Notes: generated by a model from the letters alone, not told the origin. 52,034 nucleotides of DNA from a virus (IMGVR_UViG_3300020530_000010:1-52034); one strand, 5' to 3'; numbered from the stretch's first letter, positions 39,434 through 48,294 are shown. Program-made: numbers and translations.

Positions 39434-40666
39434 TTAGTATGTAGAAAAACCGCTTAAGTCAATATTACTAAGAGTATAAGAACCTCCAAGAGAAGACATT
39501 GTGTTGTTTATTTCAGTTATAAATGAACTAACAAATGCTCCCGTGCCTCCTCCAGTTAATACGCCCAATAAAACTGGTTCATTATTAATAAGTATGAAAT
39601 AAGGACTTCCACTATCAAATCTAATAATACCATTATAAAAATTAGAATATTTTATATCTCCATTAGTACCAAAAATATTTGATAATTCATATAGTGTGTA
39701 TATGCTAGCACTTTCAAACTGATTAAACCAAAATGATGGTATTTTTTTAGTATAATGTATATTGGGTAAATATGTGCTCCAATTAGATGGCAATATTTTA
39801 GCAAATTTAATTGTGTTTGGAACATCACTATTTAAATAACCTATAGCAATATCTACAGGCCCACTTGGAGAAGTTACTTGCTGTATTGAGCTAAGAGTTC
39901 TTGTTACCACATCTCCAGACTGAGAAACAAAATACATGGTTGCGCCAACACTTGGATAAAAACTAAAATGTTTACAAAATATAACGTGTCTTGGAGAAAT
40001 TAAAGTGCCAGCCATTATATTGCCGCCAGTAGAATTCCACGGCGAAGCACAAGACATATCAACTGAATTAATCCAGCAATCTGAATTACGAACAAACGAA
40101 GAGCCATTTGCTACTGTATAAACATTCTTTTGCGTTTTGGCAGCAATTAAATTATCTATTTGATTTGTACAATGATGTGCCAATGATCCAGAAGCCCATC
40201 CTAAAAAAGTATCAACAGTTGCTCCTGTTTGAGAATAGCTGTTAACTTTTTTGATAACAGTTTCTCCATCTGTTGATACACCTTTGATAACAGCTGTTCC
40301 AGTTCCTTGATAAGATGATATTTGTTGATTTAAGCCTGATGGTATTGGATGTGATACTATATTTATATTATCTGAATAATAAGATATATTTTGAAAATAA
40401 TCTGGTTTGAGAATAGACGCATTAATAATAAAATCTGTTACATATGACGCTTCTATTGAGCGTGAAAATGTTGTTAATGGTGTTCCACTAGTAGAGTCAT
40501 TTTTGTCTAAATTTATTACAGAAACACTTGGATTATTAGTTATTCTTTGTGTTGGAGTAATAGATAGATCAAAAGATCTTTCTGATAATGATTTTTTTTT
40601 AAAAGTTCTATTAAATGTTGATGTTGCCAATCCACAACTAACTGGATGATTTTTTGATGGGTTCAT
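39434..40666 (-). CDS. Protein with C-terminal trypsin-like serine protease domain
   Basis: GTLISPRHVIFCKH (His), DIAIG (Asp), FDSGSP (Ser). Confidence 0.8.
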   Translation of the reverse strand: MNPSKNHPVSCGLATSTFNRTFKKKSLSERSFDLSITPTQRITNNPSVSVINLDKNDSTSGTPLTTFSRSIEASYVTDFIINASILKPDYFQNISYYSDNINIVSHPIPSGLNQQISSYQGTGTAVIKGVSTDGETVIKKVNSYSQTGATVDTFLGWASGSLAHHCTNQIDNLIAAKTQKNVYTVANGSSFVRNSDCWINSVDMSCASPWNSTGGNIMAGTLISPRHVIFCKHFSFYPSVGATMYFVSQSGDVVTRTLSSIQQVTSPSGPVDIAIGYLNSDVPNTIKFAKILPSNWSTYLPNIHYTKKIPSFWFNQFESASIYTLYELSNIFGTNGDIKYSNFYNGIIRFDSGSPYFILINNEPVLLGVLTGGGTGAFVSSFITEINNTMSSLGGSYTLSNIDLSGFSTY

Positions 40667-41799
40667 GGAGAATTAATTCCGCTTAGTGATCCATTTAAAC
40701 TATATCGTATAACTCCACCGTCTGCTACTGGAGCAAAAGATCCTGCTGTTAATCTACAATACAGTACTTTGCCGCGTGTTCTTACAGGATCTCCTCCAGC
40801 AAATGAGCCACTTGATCCAACACAATTTGTATAGGATACGTCGGTAGATCCAGTATTATTATAAAAATAACCAATACAATTAATATGATCTCCTGTTCCT
40901 GCCATGTTTCCAGAGCAATGGACGAAACGACCATCAGTAGAAACCGTTGCATCTAATATACTACAATTGATGCATGTAATAAGTGTTCCATCTGCGAGTA
41001 TGTTATTACAATTTATATATGTACCACGTTGTGGTCCAATACTACCAGTGCTAAAATTACAATTTTCATATATATTATTGCTATTAGCTTCGCTGAATAC
41101 TCCACCAGTTATATGCACCCCTTTAATTCTAACATTTTCATCGCTTGGCAAAAATAGTCCTCCAGCAACAGGACCAGTGTCAATAATTACTGATGTTTCA
41201 CATCCATACTCTTTTTTATATGATCCTAATCCTAATATATCTACATAGCCTAATAAACTAGAAATATTACTCCAAATATATTTTCCTGGCATTATAATCA
41301 AACAAGCTCTATTGGTATTACTTAATGGTTGATTGTTTGGTGTTAAAGCTGCTGCTTCTACGTATTTTGCTTCTATATTGTCTCCAGGTTGACAAATCAC
41401 ATAACTATCACTATCTTTTAAATCTATAGGATATCCACCAATAGTTTCACCATCTCCAATACGCAATATTTTTTTATCGGTAATCCAAATTGGCTCTCCT
41501 TGCAGTGGAGTAATACCACTTGCCTGAGAGTATGTTCCATATCTTAATTGAAGATTAGCTGGACTAACCATATCAACCCATTGACCATCTCCTCGTAAAA
41601 ATGTTCCAGAATTTGGAATACCGCTGCCAAGAGATGATAAAGTTACTGTTCCGCCACCGCCGATAATATTAGATATTTGACTTAAGCTAATTTTTTTAGT
41701 TGTTGCAAATCCAGATGGATCATCCATAAATAAGAAAATATCATCATTGCTTAAGCTGCCACTACCTTCTGGAAATTCATTTATTCTTTTAATACTCAT
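40663..41799 (-). CDS. Tail fibre/spike-like protein
   Basis: N-terminal RINEFP...TKKISL anchor; TFLRGDGQW; LQLRYGT...GEP.W.TD...IGDG (Mtd-N-like); Cys/Asn-rich beta-helix-like C-terminus. Confidence 0.75.
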   Translation of the reverse strand: MSIKRINEFPEGSGSLSNDDIFLFMDDPSGFATTKKISLSQISNIIGGGGTVTLSSLGSGIPNSGTFLRGDGQWVDMVSPANLQLRYGTYSQASGITPLQGEPIWITDKKILRIGDGETIGGYPIDLKDSDSYVICQPGDNIEAKYVEAAALTPNNQPLSNTNRACLIIMPGKYIWSNISSLLGYVDILGLGSYKKEYGCETSVIIDTGPVAGGLFLPSDENVRIKGVHITGGVFSEANSNNIYENCNFSTGSIGPQRGTYINCNNILADGTLITCINCSILDATVSTDGRFVHCSGNMAGTGDHINCIGYFYNNTGSTDVSYTNCVGSSGSFAGGDPVRTRGKVLYCRLTAGSFAPVADGGVIRYSLNGSLSGINSP

Positions 41800-42024
41800 T
41801 TAACCACCTACTATAGTAGCAGTGCCCAAAGTATAATAATTAACATCATCAAATCTATTTGTATATTTACTTTCTAAAGCTGAATAACCAAGACTTGATT
41901 CAAATGTTGCGTCAATTGATTTATAAACGCCGACATTTGAACATGAAACAATTACTGTTCCATTTTTAGCTGTTTCTACTCCAGAAACTACATTTGTACA
42001 CACATCTGTTGTTGTAATTGGCAT
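41800..42024 (-). CDS. Small hypothetical protein
   Basis: 74 aa, AAGGAG RBS. Confidence 0.65.
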   Translation of the reverse strand: MPITTTDVCTNVVSGVETAKNGTVIVSCSNVGVYKSIDATFESSLGYSALESKYTNRFDDVNYYTLGTATIVGG

Positions 42025-42033
42025 ATAATCTCC

Positions 42034-42960
42034 TTAAAAAACTGTATCTAATGTCCACTCTATTTTTCGTGGTGGAAAACCATCCACATCGCTAAATACC
42101 CATGAGCCATTTTGAGATAACATATCTGCTGCATCTCTTTCTCTTATCCAAAAGCTACCTTCTGGTTGATCATGTCTAGTTGGCCCATTATTCCATACGC
42201 CCCAGCTATTTTGGACCAAAAATAATGTTTCATTATATATTTCTTTTGTGTCATCCATTCCTATCCAAGCCATAGCGTGCGCCCACGATCCAGACTTGGA
42301 GGCTATACCGTGCTTGTCTCTGCGAGAGCTAAAACCATGCATAGAACAAACACTAATACAATAACCGTTGGCTATTGCGTCTCTTGCTTGTTGTACTGTA
42401 TTAATTAAGCTAATAGTTTTTACTTGATGCTTTTTAGCTTCTAATACTAATTCTTCTGGTACTCCAGATCTACCCCATCTTCCTCCAACATCACTGTATT
42501 TCGATAAATCTATATTTCCATACCGTTTTCTTATTAATAATCCACCTAATTGATTAACAAATCTAGCGGCACCAGAGCATGTCATGCCCTCGCCACCGTG
42601 TCCGCGAGATCCATATATACCTTCTGTTGCTCCACGGGCAATAAACTCTTCTCTTTGGCCGTTGATTATTTCACAGCTACGAGTAACGTCGATTGCATTT
42701 CTAGTAGCATGGCTAACACAATCACCTTGCACTTGTCTTTCCGATGGACCAAAATTAGGATCAAATTTAAGTAGATTCTTAAATGGTAGAGCTAATTTTC
42801 CAGCACCACTACCATATAAACCATAAGCAGCCGCACCGAATAGTGGGTGCGGCAGCTCACCTAATAATTTATCCGTATCTTCTGGGTCACACCATGATCC
42901 CTTAAAGCCGTCTTTATAAGCTTTTAGTAAATCAATAGGTTTTTTAAATTCTATAGTCAT
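42034..42960 (-). CDS. Papain-family (C1) cysteine peptidase
   Basis: QVQGDCVSHA, AHAM, LVQNSWG, GSFWI; ATG 42960 overlaps upstream TGA. Confidence 0.88.
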   Translation of the reverse strand: MTIEFKKPIDLLKAYKDGFKGSWCDPEDTDKLLGELPHPLFGAAAYGLYGSGAGKLALPFKNLLKFDPNFGPSERQVQGDCVSHATRNAIDVTRSCEIINGQREEFIARGATEGIYGSRGHGGEGMTCSGAARFVNQLGGLLIRKRYGNIDLSKYSDVGGRWGRSGVPEELVLEAKKHQVKTISLINTVQQARDAIANGYCISVCSMHGFSSRRDKHGIASKSGSWAHAMAWIGMDDTKEIYNETLFLVQNSWGVWNNGPTRHDQPEGSFWIRERDAADMLSQNGSWVFSDVDGFPPRKIEWTLDTVF

Positions 42961-43172
42961 TTTGTAACTACTGTTTTTGGACCTTTGATCCACTTTACAA
43001 CTGCGTCTAAAAGTACCGTTACTACTGGTACTAATAGTACACCCGTTGTACCCCAATCCACACTGTTTATGTTCTCAATAACATAAGTTAAAACAGCGCC
43101 AGTGCCAACTAAAACGGCATTTTTTACTAAATTTACTGCGTCATTAACATTAAGTGAATATCTTGCTGACAT
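42957..43172 (-). CDS. Holin-like two-transmembrane protein
   Basis: 71 aa, two hydrophobic helices, basic C-terminus, coupled to a hydrolase gene. Confidence 0.55.
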   Translation of the reverse strand: MSARYSLNVNDAVNLVKNAVLVGTGAVLTYVIENINSVDWGTTGVLLVPVVTVLLDAVVKWIKGPKTVVTK

Positions 43173-43174
43173 TT

Positions 43175-43762
43175 TTATACCTCTTTTGTGTTTGTTATGC
43201 TAACTAGAAATCCTCCATGCTCATTATCTGATATCCTATATGGGTATCCTATAATATTAATGTCCTTACCTTCACTTGTTTTTGTTTCTTTGTAAAATTT
43301 TCTGTTTGTGTGGAGACAAGATTGAAATTCTTTCAGTAATTCTTCTCTATCTTCTTCTTGAATAAAGTTAAGCCAATCATAACCCTCTACATTATGAAAT
43401 CCAACAAAGTCAAAAAATAGACTATTATTCCATATTAATCTGCCATTATTGTCTGTTTCAAATAATGGTATATTACTATAGTGCAGCCCAGCTTTTGTTC
43501 TTTGTTCTATTATCTTTTGTCTTATTTCTATTCTATGGCAGGTTTTGCGTAAATCTATTATTGCGTCTTTTATGCTGTTACCACCATTTGTAGTCAATTC
43601 TGACTTTATAGTTTTGATAGACTCATTGACATGTTCATGATCTTTGATAAGTTGTATAATGGGCTTTACTGTTTTTACCCAAAGTAAACTTAAGAATGTG
43701 CCAATAGCACCCAATAAACTAACAGCTATAGGTATATATTCTAAAGACTCTTTTGATAGCAT
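43175..43762 (-). CDS. Single-pass membrane protein with coiled coil and C-terminal PAS domain
   Basis: TM about residues 9-29; TDNNGRLIWNN..F.DFVG...GYDWLNFIQEEDRE is a PAS signature; no output domain. Confidence 0.8.
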   Translation of the reverse strand: MLSKESLEYIPIAVSLLGAIGTFLSLLWVKTVKPIIQLIKDHEHVNESIKTIKSELTTNGGNSIKDAIIDLRKTCHRIEIRQKIIEQRTKAGLHYSNIPLFETDNNGRLIWNNSLFFDFVGFHNVEGYDWLNFIQEEDREELLKEFQSCLHTNRKFYKETKTSEGKDINIIGYPYRISDNEHGGFLVSITNTKEV

Positions 43763-43789
43763 GCTTACCCTTTCTAATAATTTAGAAGT

Positions 43790-43818
43790 GGTGGTGATGC
43801 TAATATAACATCACCACC
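43790..43818 (-). terminator. Stem-loop (terminator or mRNA-stability element)
   Basis: GGTGGTGATG/CATCACCACC perfect 10-bp inverted repeat; weak U-tract. Confidence 0.55.
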
Positions 43819-43841
43819 CACGAATAACACACTATATATAA

Positions 43842-44483
43842 TCAGCTTTCTGCTGAGTCTTTAGCTTTATAATCAGCTGTAGTTGGCACAGCCAATGCTC
43901 CAAAGTGATATGTTAGTTCACCAGGAACTGCTCTTGTTGAACTAGCAGCATCGTCTGTACCGGCCACAGTTCCGTTACCAGTTGGTGCAACGTATGTTAT
44001 TACATTACCCGCTCCAGCACCCTTCGTGCGACCAGGAAAAACTCCGCTTGATGGAACAGCCAAAACGTTATAAGTTGTAACGCCAAGCCTACGACTTGTT
44101 AACAGCTTATGTACTGAATCCTGACCAACACCAGCAAACTGAGCACCGGGAACATTTAAAAGAGAAGCAGCGTCATTATTGATCTTACCGGCACTATCAC
44201 CAGCTGCTCTGAGAACAAAGTTTCGTTCGCCAGCATAAGGATCTGGATAATAAGCTAAACCGCCAGTACCAGCCGATTTGGCCTTTATAACGCCGTGCGG
44301 ATCTGTGAATTGGTTTCCAGTAGCAACATTTTCTACTACTTTTGAGCCATATTCTGAGCCAGTGTTTAATTCATTAACATTTACAACTTTTGTCATTGGG
44401 CTATCTGACAAAGTTCCGCCAGCTACGACTGTGCCACCATCATTTTTGATTGCTTCTAAAGCTTTTGTTTTAGTTGTGGACAT
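43842..44483 (-). CDS. Ala/Gly/Thr-rich hypothetical protein, probably abundant virion protein
   Basis: AGGAG RBS, own candidate promoter and downstream hairpin, visibly higher GC than neighbours. Confidence 0.65.
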   Translation of the reverse strand: MSTTKTKALEAIKNDGGTVVAGGTLSDSPMTKVVNVNELNTGSEYGSKVVENVATGNQFTDPHGVIKAKSAGTGGLAYYPDPYAGERNFVLRAAGDSAGKINNDAASLLNVPGAQFAGVGQDSVHKLLTSRRLGVTTYNVLAVPSSGVFPGRTKGAGAGNVITYVAPTGNGTVAGTDDAASSTRAVPGELTYHFGALAVPTTADYKAKDSAES

Positions 44484-44549
44484 ATTTTTCTCCTAAAAGG
44501 TTGAATAACTAAAAAATTCCTATTCCTTTTAGAGTCCACATCCTAACAC

Positions 44550-44558
44550 ATTATACAC
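44550..44558 (-). promoter_or_regulatory. Candidate late promoter GTGTATAAT overlapping the sigma-factor stop codon
   Basis: 66 nt upstream of ATG 44483. Confidence 0.5.
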
Positions 44559-45030
44559 TTTTACACAGTTTTTTGTGCAAATTTGTAATCATTTTATTTA
44601 GCTTTTTTCTGGTAGTCTCTCTGTTACTATTTCTTTTCTTAGCCATTTCTTCAATAGTCATATTGCTTAATCTATCTAGAAATAGTTCTTTTTCGTCTGC
44701 TGTTTTTAATTCATCCATAATATCTATCATTCTGTAGGGATCAGAATTTTTGACAATATTTTCGTGTAGCTTTCCATTAAATCTTTGGTACTTATTTTTG
44801 AATTTAATTTCTTTCAAACATTCAATAAATACCCCATTATACAAATAAGTGGTAAACTTTGTATTTTTTTCTGGCTTAAAGTACAAAAAGCATTTCCACA
44901 AAGCATTTAATTTGCATGTGTGCAGAGCATCAGCATCCAACTGATTAGCAAATCTTTTGCAAGCCTTATTCATTATATTTGTTATGTCCTTATTATTCAA
45001 TGCGTTTATTATTTTATCATTCAAATCCAT
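44551..45030 (-). CDS. Small sigma-70-family RNA polymerase sigma factor
   Basis: Region 2-like ALWKC...F.PEKNTKFTTYL; region 4-like MTIEEMAK....RETTRKKL. Confidence 0.75.
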   Translation of the reverse strand: MDLNDKIINALNNKDITNIMNKACKRFANQLDADALHTCKLNALWKCFLYFKPEKNTKFTTYLYNGVFIECLKEIKFKNKYQRFNGKLHENIVKNSDPYRMIDIMDELKTADEKELFLDRLSNMTIEEMAKKRNSNRETTRKKLNKMITNLHKKLCKSV

Positions 45031-45041
45031 AATAATTCTCC

Positions 45042-45479
45042 TTATTTTTCTATTGACAAAAGTTCTTTTTCTATATTTTTCCTTACCTCGCTAAAATCGA
45101 ACATGTTACCGATTCCTATAAAAAATCTATATCTACTACAAATTTTTAATAACTCGACTCCAGGTATTTTATCTAACTTATCTTTGATTTTATTTGTAAC
45201 ATCAAAATTTGTGTGACCAACCCAGCAATCAAAATTAGATATAATATGAATATCCTCTAATAATTTCTGTGACATTGGAAATACTAGTGGAATTTGTTGT
45301 CCAAGCATATCGTCATGATTTGCTTCTTCTAGATCGTCACTATCATCATCTATATTGGAATTTAAAGCTCTGTTTTGTAAGATATTTCCAAGTATATTTG
45401 ACAAAATGGGAGAAGAAATTTGTTTTTCTAATACATCTTCATATTTTTGCCAGCCTATTTTTGGTTTAAATTTACTCAT
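45042..45479 (-). CDS. Hypothetical protein
   Basis: 145 aa, GGAG RBS; WVGHTNF...GVE...RYRFFIGIG core. Confidence 0.7.
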   Translation of the reverse strand: MSKFKPKIGWQKYEDVLEKQISSPILSNILGNILQNRALNSNIDDDSDDLEEANHDDMLGQQIPLVFPMSQKLLEDIHIISNFDCWVGHTNFDVTNKIKDKLDKIPGVELLKICSRYRFFIGIGNMFDFSEVRKNIEKELLSIEK

Positions 45480-45488
45480 TAATATCTC

Positions 45489-45848
45489 CTACTTCATTAT
45501 GTCAGAAGGCTTGATACACGGTTGAGAGTTAATAATATTTTCGTATATTTTAAGTATTTTTTTATTATTAGATTTTAATGTTACATAATTTTCTAATCTT
45601 TGCACAAGTTCGGTTTGATTATGTTTTACAAGATTATGTTTTAGTATATTTAATGTTTCTGATAATGCGTTTTCGTCAGCTAGCATCTCTAATATCTCAA
45701 AAATAGCTGTCATACATTCGTCAGAATAGTCTTGCATAGCAATATCTACTATAATTCTTCCACTAGCATCCATAACATAACTAACAGATGCAAGCTTCTG
45801 ATTTTCTGGCGACTGCTGTTGTGTTTTTTTAGATAAAAAATTAAACAT
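45489..45848 (-). CDS. Hypothetical protein
   Basis: 119 aa coupled ORF. Confidence 0.6.
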   Translation of the reverse strand: MFNFLSKKTQQQSPENQKLASVSYVMDASGRIIVDIAMQDYSDECMTAIFEILEMLADENALSETLNILKHNLVKHNQTELVQRLENYVTLKSNNKKILKIYENIINSQPCIKPSDIMK

Positions 45849-46896
45849 ATTTTATTACCATTTCTGCTGTGTTTTTCCAAGAAAATTGATGCGATGTTTG
45901 TATTGCAGAATAGTTTAATTTAAGTAAATTGTCTTGTTTTAATTTATGTATAGATCTCATATGCGATATAAGTTGATCAAGTTGATTTTCTTTCATCGCG
46001 GCCCATTTGCCTGTTTGCCCATGAAACCATATTCCATCGTAAGCAACTTCTTTTGCTTCTATTTCTATTAAATTAGCATTATCAGCATTACAAAATTCTG
46101 TATGTGCAGAATAATTTGTTGCAATAACGTGCTTTCCACAAGCCATCATTTCTAACAATTCTAAATTCCACCCTTCTGCTCTTGCTGGAAATACTCCACA
46201 ATCAGTCTGTTTCATTATATTATACACTTCTTCTTGCGTATTCTTTCTATCAATAAGCTTTATTTTATGCCCCAGTGAACTATTTTGATATAATTTAGCC
46301 CACTCGCTAGACTGTTCTGGATTTAAAAATGGATTACTGCACATCATCCACAGTTCTACATTATCTTTTTCTGTAAAAGCTTTATTAAAAGCTTCTATAA
46401 GAATATCATGACCTTTTCTTATTTCCCATTTTCCACAGTTAAAGAATATTGTTTTCTCACCAGTGTTAAGCGATGGCTGAAATATTTTGCTATTAACCCC
46501 CAGGGGTACAACAAAAATATTTTCTGATGATAAATCTAGTTGGCTTTCTGCTACACTTTTAGCCCAAAATGAAGATACAAACAATCTATCTAAAGAATTT
46601 AAGTGATGTTTTTCGACTTGTGTAAATTCATCTAATTCAAAAAATGGAAAACCTATTTTAGTTCCACGACCAACAAATTGTGACATATCATTTTGGTGCC
46701 AAATCCTAACACAAGGGGCATTAAAATCTGGAAATTGTGCATTCTTTAGGCACCTTCTTAGAATATTGGCATCGTCTTCGTTAGTAATTTGAATTTGTCC
46801 AATTGGCCATAATGAAACTGATGGCAAATTAGAAACAATGTTTAGTCCTGCTATACCATAGCCAAGCTGATTTATAGGAGATATAATATTAATCAT
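45841..46896 (-). CDS. Glycosyltransferase family 4
   Basis: LGYG, VPLGV, RKGHD, RAEGWNLELLEMMACGK. Confidence 0.9.
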   Translation of the reverse strand: MINIISPINQLGYGIAGLNIVSNLPSVSLWPIGQIQITNEDDANILRRCLKNAQFPDFNAPCVRIWHQNDMSQFVGRGTKIGFPFFELDEFTQVEKHHLNSLDRLFVSSFWAKSVAESQLDLSSENIFVVPLGVNSKIFQPSLNTGEKTIFFNCGKWEIRKGHDILIEAFNKAFTEKDNVELWMMCSNPFLNPEQSSEWAKLYQNSSLGHKIKLIDRKNTQEEVYNIMKQTDCGVFPARAEGWNLELLEMMACGKHVIATNYSAHTEFCNADNANLIEIEAKEVAYDGIWFHGQTGKWAAMKENQLDQLISHMRSIHKLKQDNLLKLNYSAIQTSHQFSWKNTAEMVIKYV

Positions 46897-47440
46897 TTTT
46901 GATATCCTTAAAAAATAGCCAACGTTTTAGAGTAGAAGTGTCTTGAACATTATTAATGTGTTCAAGATGTAATATAATTTCTTCCATTGAGTTAAAAATA
47001 TTTTCATGTGGTAACATAAAGAACAGCCAATTGGGGGCATTAATTTTACCTTGTTCACACCAAATTAATATTGGCTTTTTTTGCCTATTTCCCGTTACTA
47101 TTTCTTCATAAGACCCACACGCATGTACAGATATGTCTATATGTGCAATAATAAAATCACATATATCCACGCATCGCAAGTCTGCGTTACGTATTTTAGA
47201 ATAAGTCTTTTTTAAATCATCAAACATTCCATTACGCTTCAAAAAGTTTATATTTTTACGTGTAGATTCGTCTTCATATATTCCATCTATTACATGCTTG
47301 CAAGGATTTAAAACCGTTACACCCATATCATGTAAGATGGGAGTGATTCTATTCCTCCATCCAATGCCGCCATCGGGAACTCTATCCATAGCCCCAACTA
47401 AATATGTTCTCATTCCACTAAGATTGTTTATCGAATCCAT
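46889..47440 (-). CDS. Nucleoside 2-deoxyribosyltransferase / nucleotide N-glycosidase-like protein
   Basis: YLVGAM, WR, VLNP, DL.CV..CD.II, GSYEE, KKP. Confidence 0.8.
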   Translation of the reverse strand: MDSINNLSGMRTYLVGAMDRVPDGGIGWRNRITPILHDMGVTVLNPCKHVIDGIYEDESTRKNINFLKRNGMFDDLKKTYSKIRNADLRCVDICDFIIAHIDISVHACGSYEEIVTGNRQKKPILIWCEQGKINAPNWLFFMLPHENIFNSMEEIILHLEHINNVQDTSTLKRWLFFKDIKND

Positions 47441-47831
47441 AATCTGTACTCCACCATACTTTGTTAATATCAAGTGCCGACAATATATGATCACATCTTT
47501 CGCAAGGCTTGCTACACCTTAATTCACCACGCTTGTTTAATCTAACAACAACGATTTTGAGTGAGTTATCTATGTAATATTTACCCCACAGTCTAGATAT
47601 TAAATCTGTTTCTGCGTGAAGATATGGATGATCTGTATCCATATTAAATCTTTTAGCCAATATCCATGCCTGAGTGTGTGTTTTCTCTGGACTGTTCTGG
47701 CCTATTGCCAAAAGTTTATTTTTCTTATAGCCAAAAGCAAAATGAAAAAATTTGTTTTTGCTATTCCTATTATTTTTAGCTTTTGGTAATAAAGACAGTG
47801 CTATATCAACAGATTCTTTAAGTATATTCAT
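47418..47831 (-). CDS. Zinc-dependent cytidine-deaminase-fold protein
   Basis: HAE and SKPCERC motifs. Confidence 0.82.
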   Translation of the reverse strand: MNILKESVDIALSLLPKAKNNRNSKNKFFHFAFGYKKNKLLAIGQNSPEKTHTQAWILAKRFNMDTDHPYLHAETDLISRLWGKYYIDNSLKIVVVRLNKRGELRCSKPCERCDHILSALDINKVWWSTDYGFDKQS

Positions 47832-48247
47832 TTTATATATACAAACTTAATAAATTCTTCTATGGTTGCTGGGTTGTGTGTTTCAAAAATTTCTTTTGTT
47901 ATTTGTTTTGCTTGCATTTTCTTTGTGCCTAAAGAAACAAGTGCAGAAATGCAATCGTTCACTAAATTCTGATTAATTGTTTTTTTATTTTCTACTATAG
48001 GAGTAACAAGATAATAAGGAATGGCATTCTTTTTATTTTTATTATATTTTGGTTGAGTTGCCATTTTTTTAGCAATATTATCAATCTGTTGAATAACAAC
48101 TGGTTGATCATCAGAAATATAACCAATAGTAAATTTATCGCTAAAAGCGCACTGTCTCTTTTTGTTCGTAAAAGAAAAATACGCAATCAAAAGAACAAAT
48201 ATTAAAACTCCGAGTTGACCAACAAATGGATGAGGTTGTGGATTCAT
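47828..48247 (-). CDS. Membrane-anchored protein with RuvA-C-terminal-like helical domain
   Basis: N-terminal TM; DCISALVSLG.KKMQA...IEEFIK; AGGAG RBS before ATG 48247. Confidence 0.55.
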   Translation of the reverse strand: MNPQPHPFVGQLGVLIFVLLIAYFSFTNKKRQCAFSDKFTIGYISDDQPVVIQQIDNIAKKMATQPKYNKNKKNAIPYYLVTPIVENKKTINQNLVNDCISALVSLGTKKMQAKQITKEIFETHNPATIEEFIKFVYIK

Positions 48248-48266
48248 TGATTTCTCCTTTTCTGCC

Positions 48267-48294
48267 ATTGTACACAACTTATCGTCAAAGTCAA
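48267..48294 (-). promoter_or_regulatory. Sigma70-like promoter
   Basis: TTGACT-16 nt-TACAAT directly after a terminator and before an RBS. Confidence 0.6.

Noticed and set aside
40663-41799. Diversity-generating retroelement suggested by the Mtd-N-like segment
   Set aside because: No reverse transcriptase, no TR/VR repeat pair and no C-type-lectin-like tip visible in the window
42960-43056. N-terminal extension of the C1 peptidase given in the ORF track
   Set aside because: Overlaps the holin-like gene; the ATGA-coupled start at 42960 fits better
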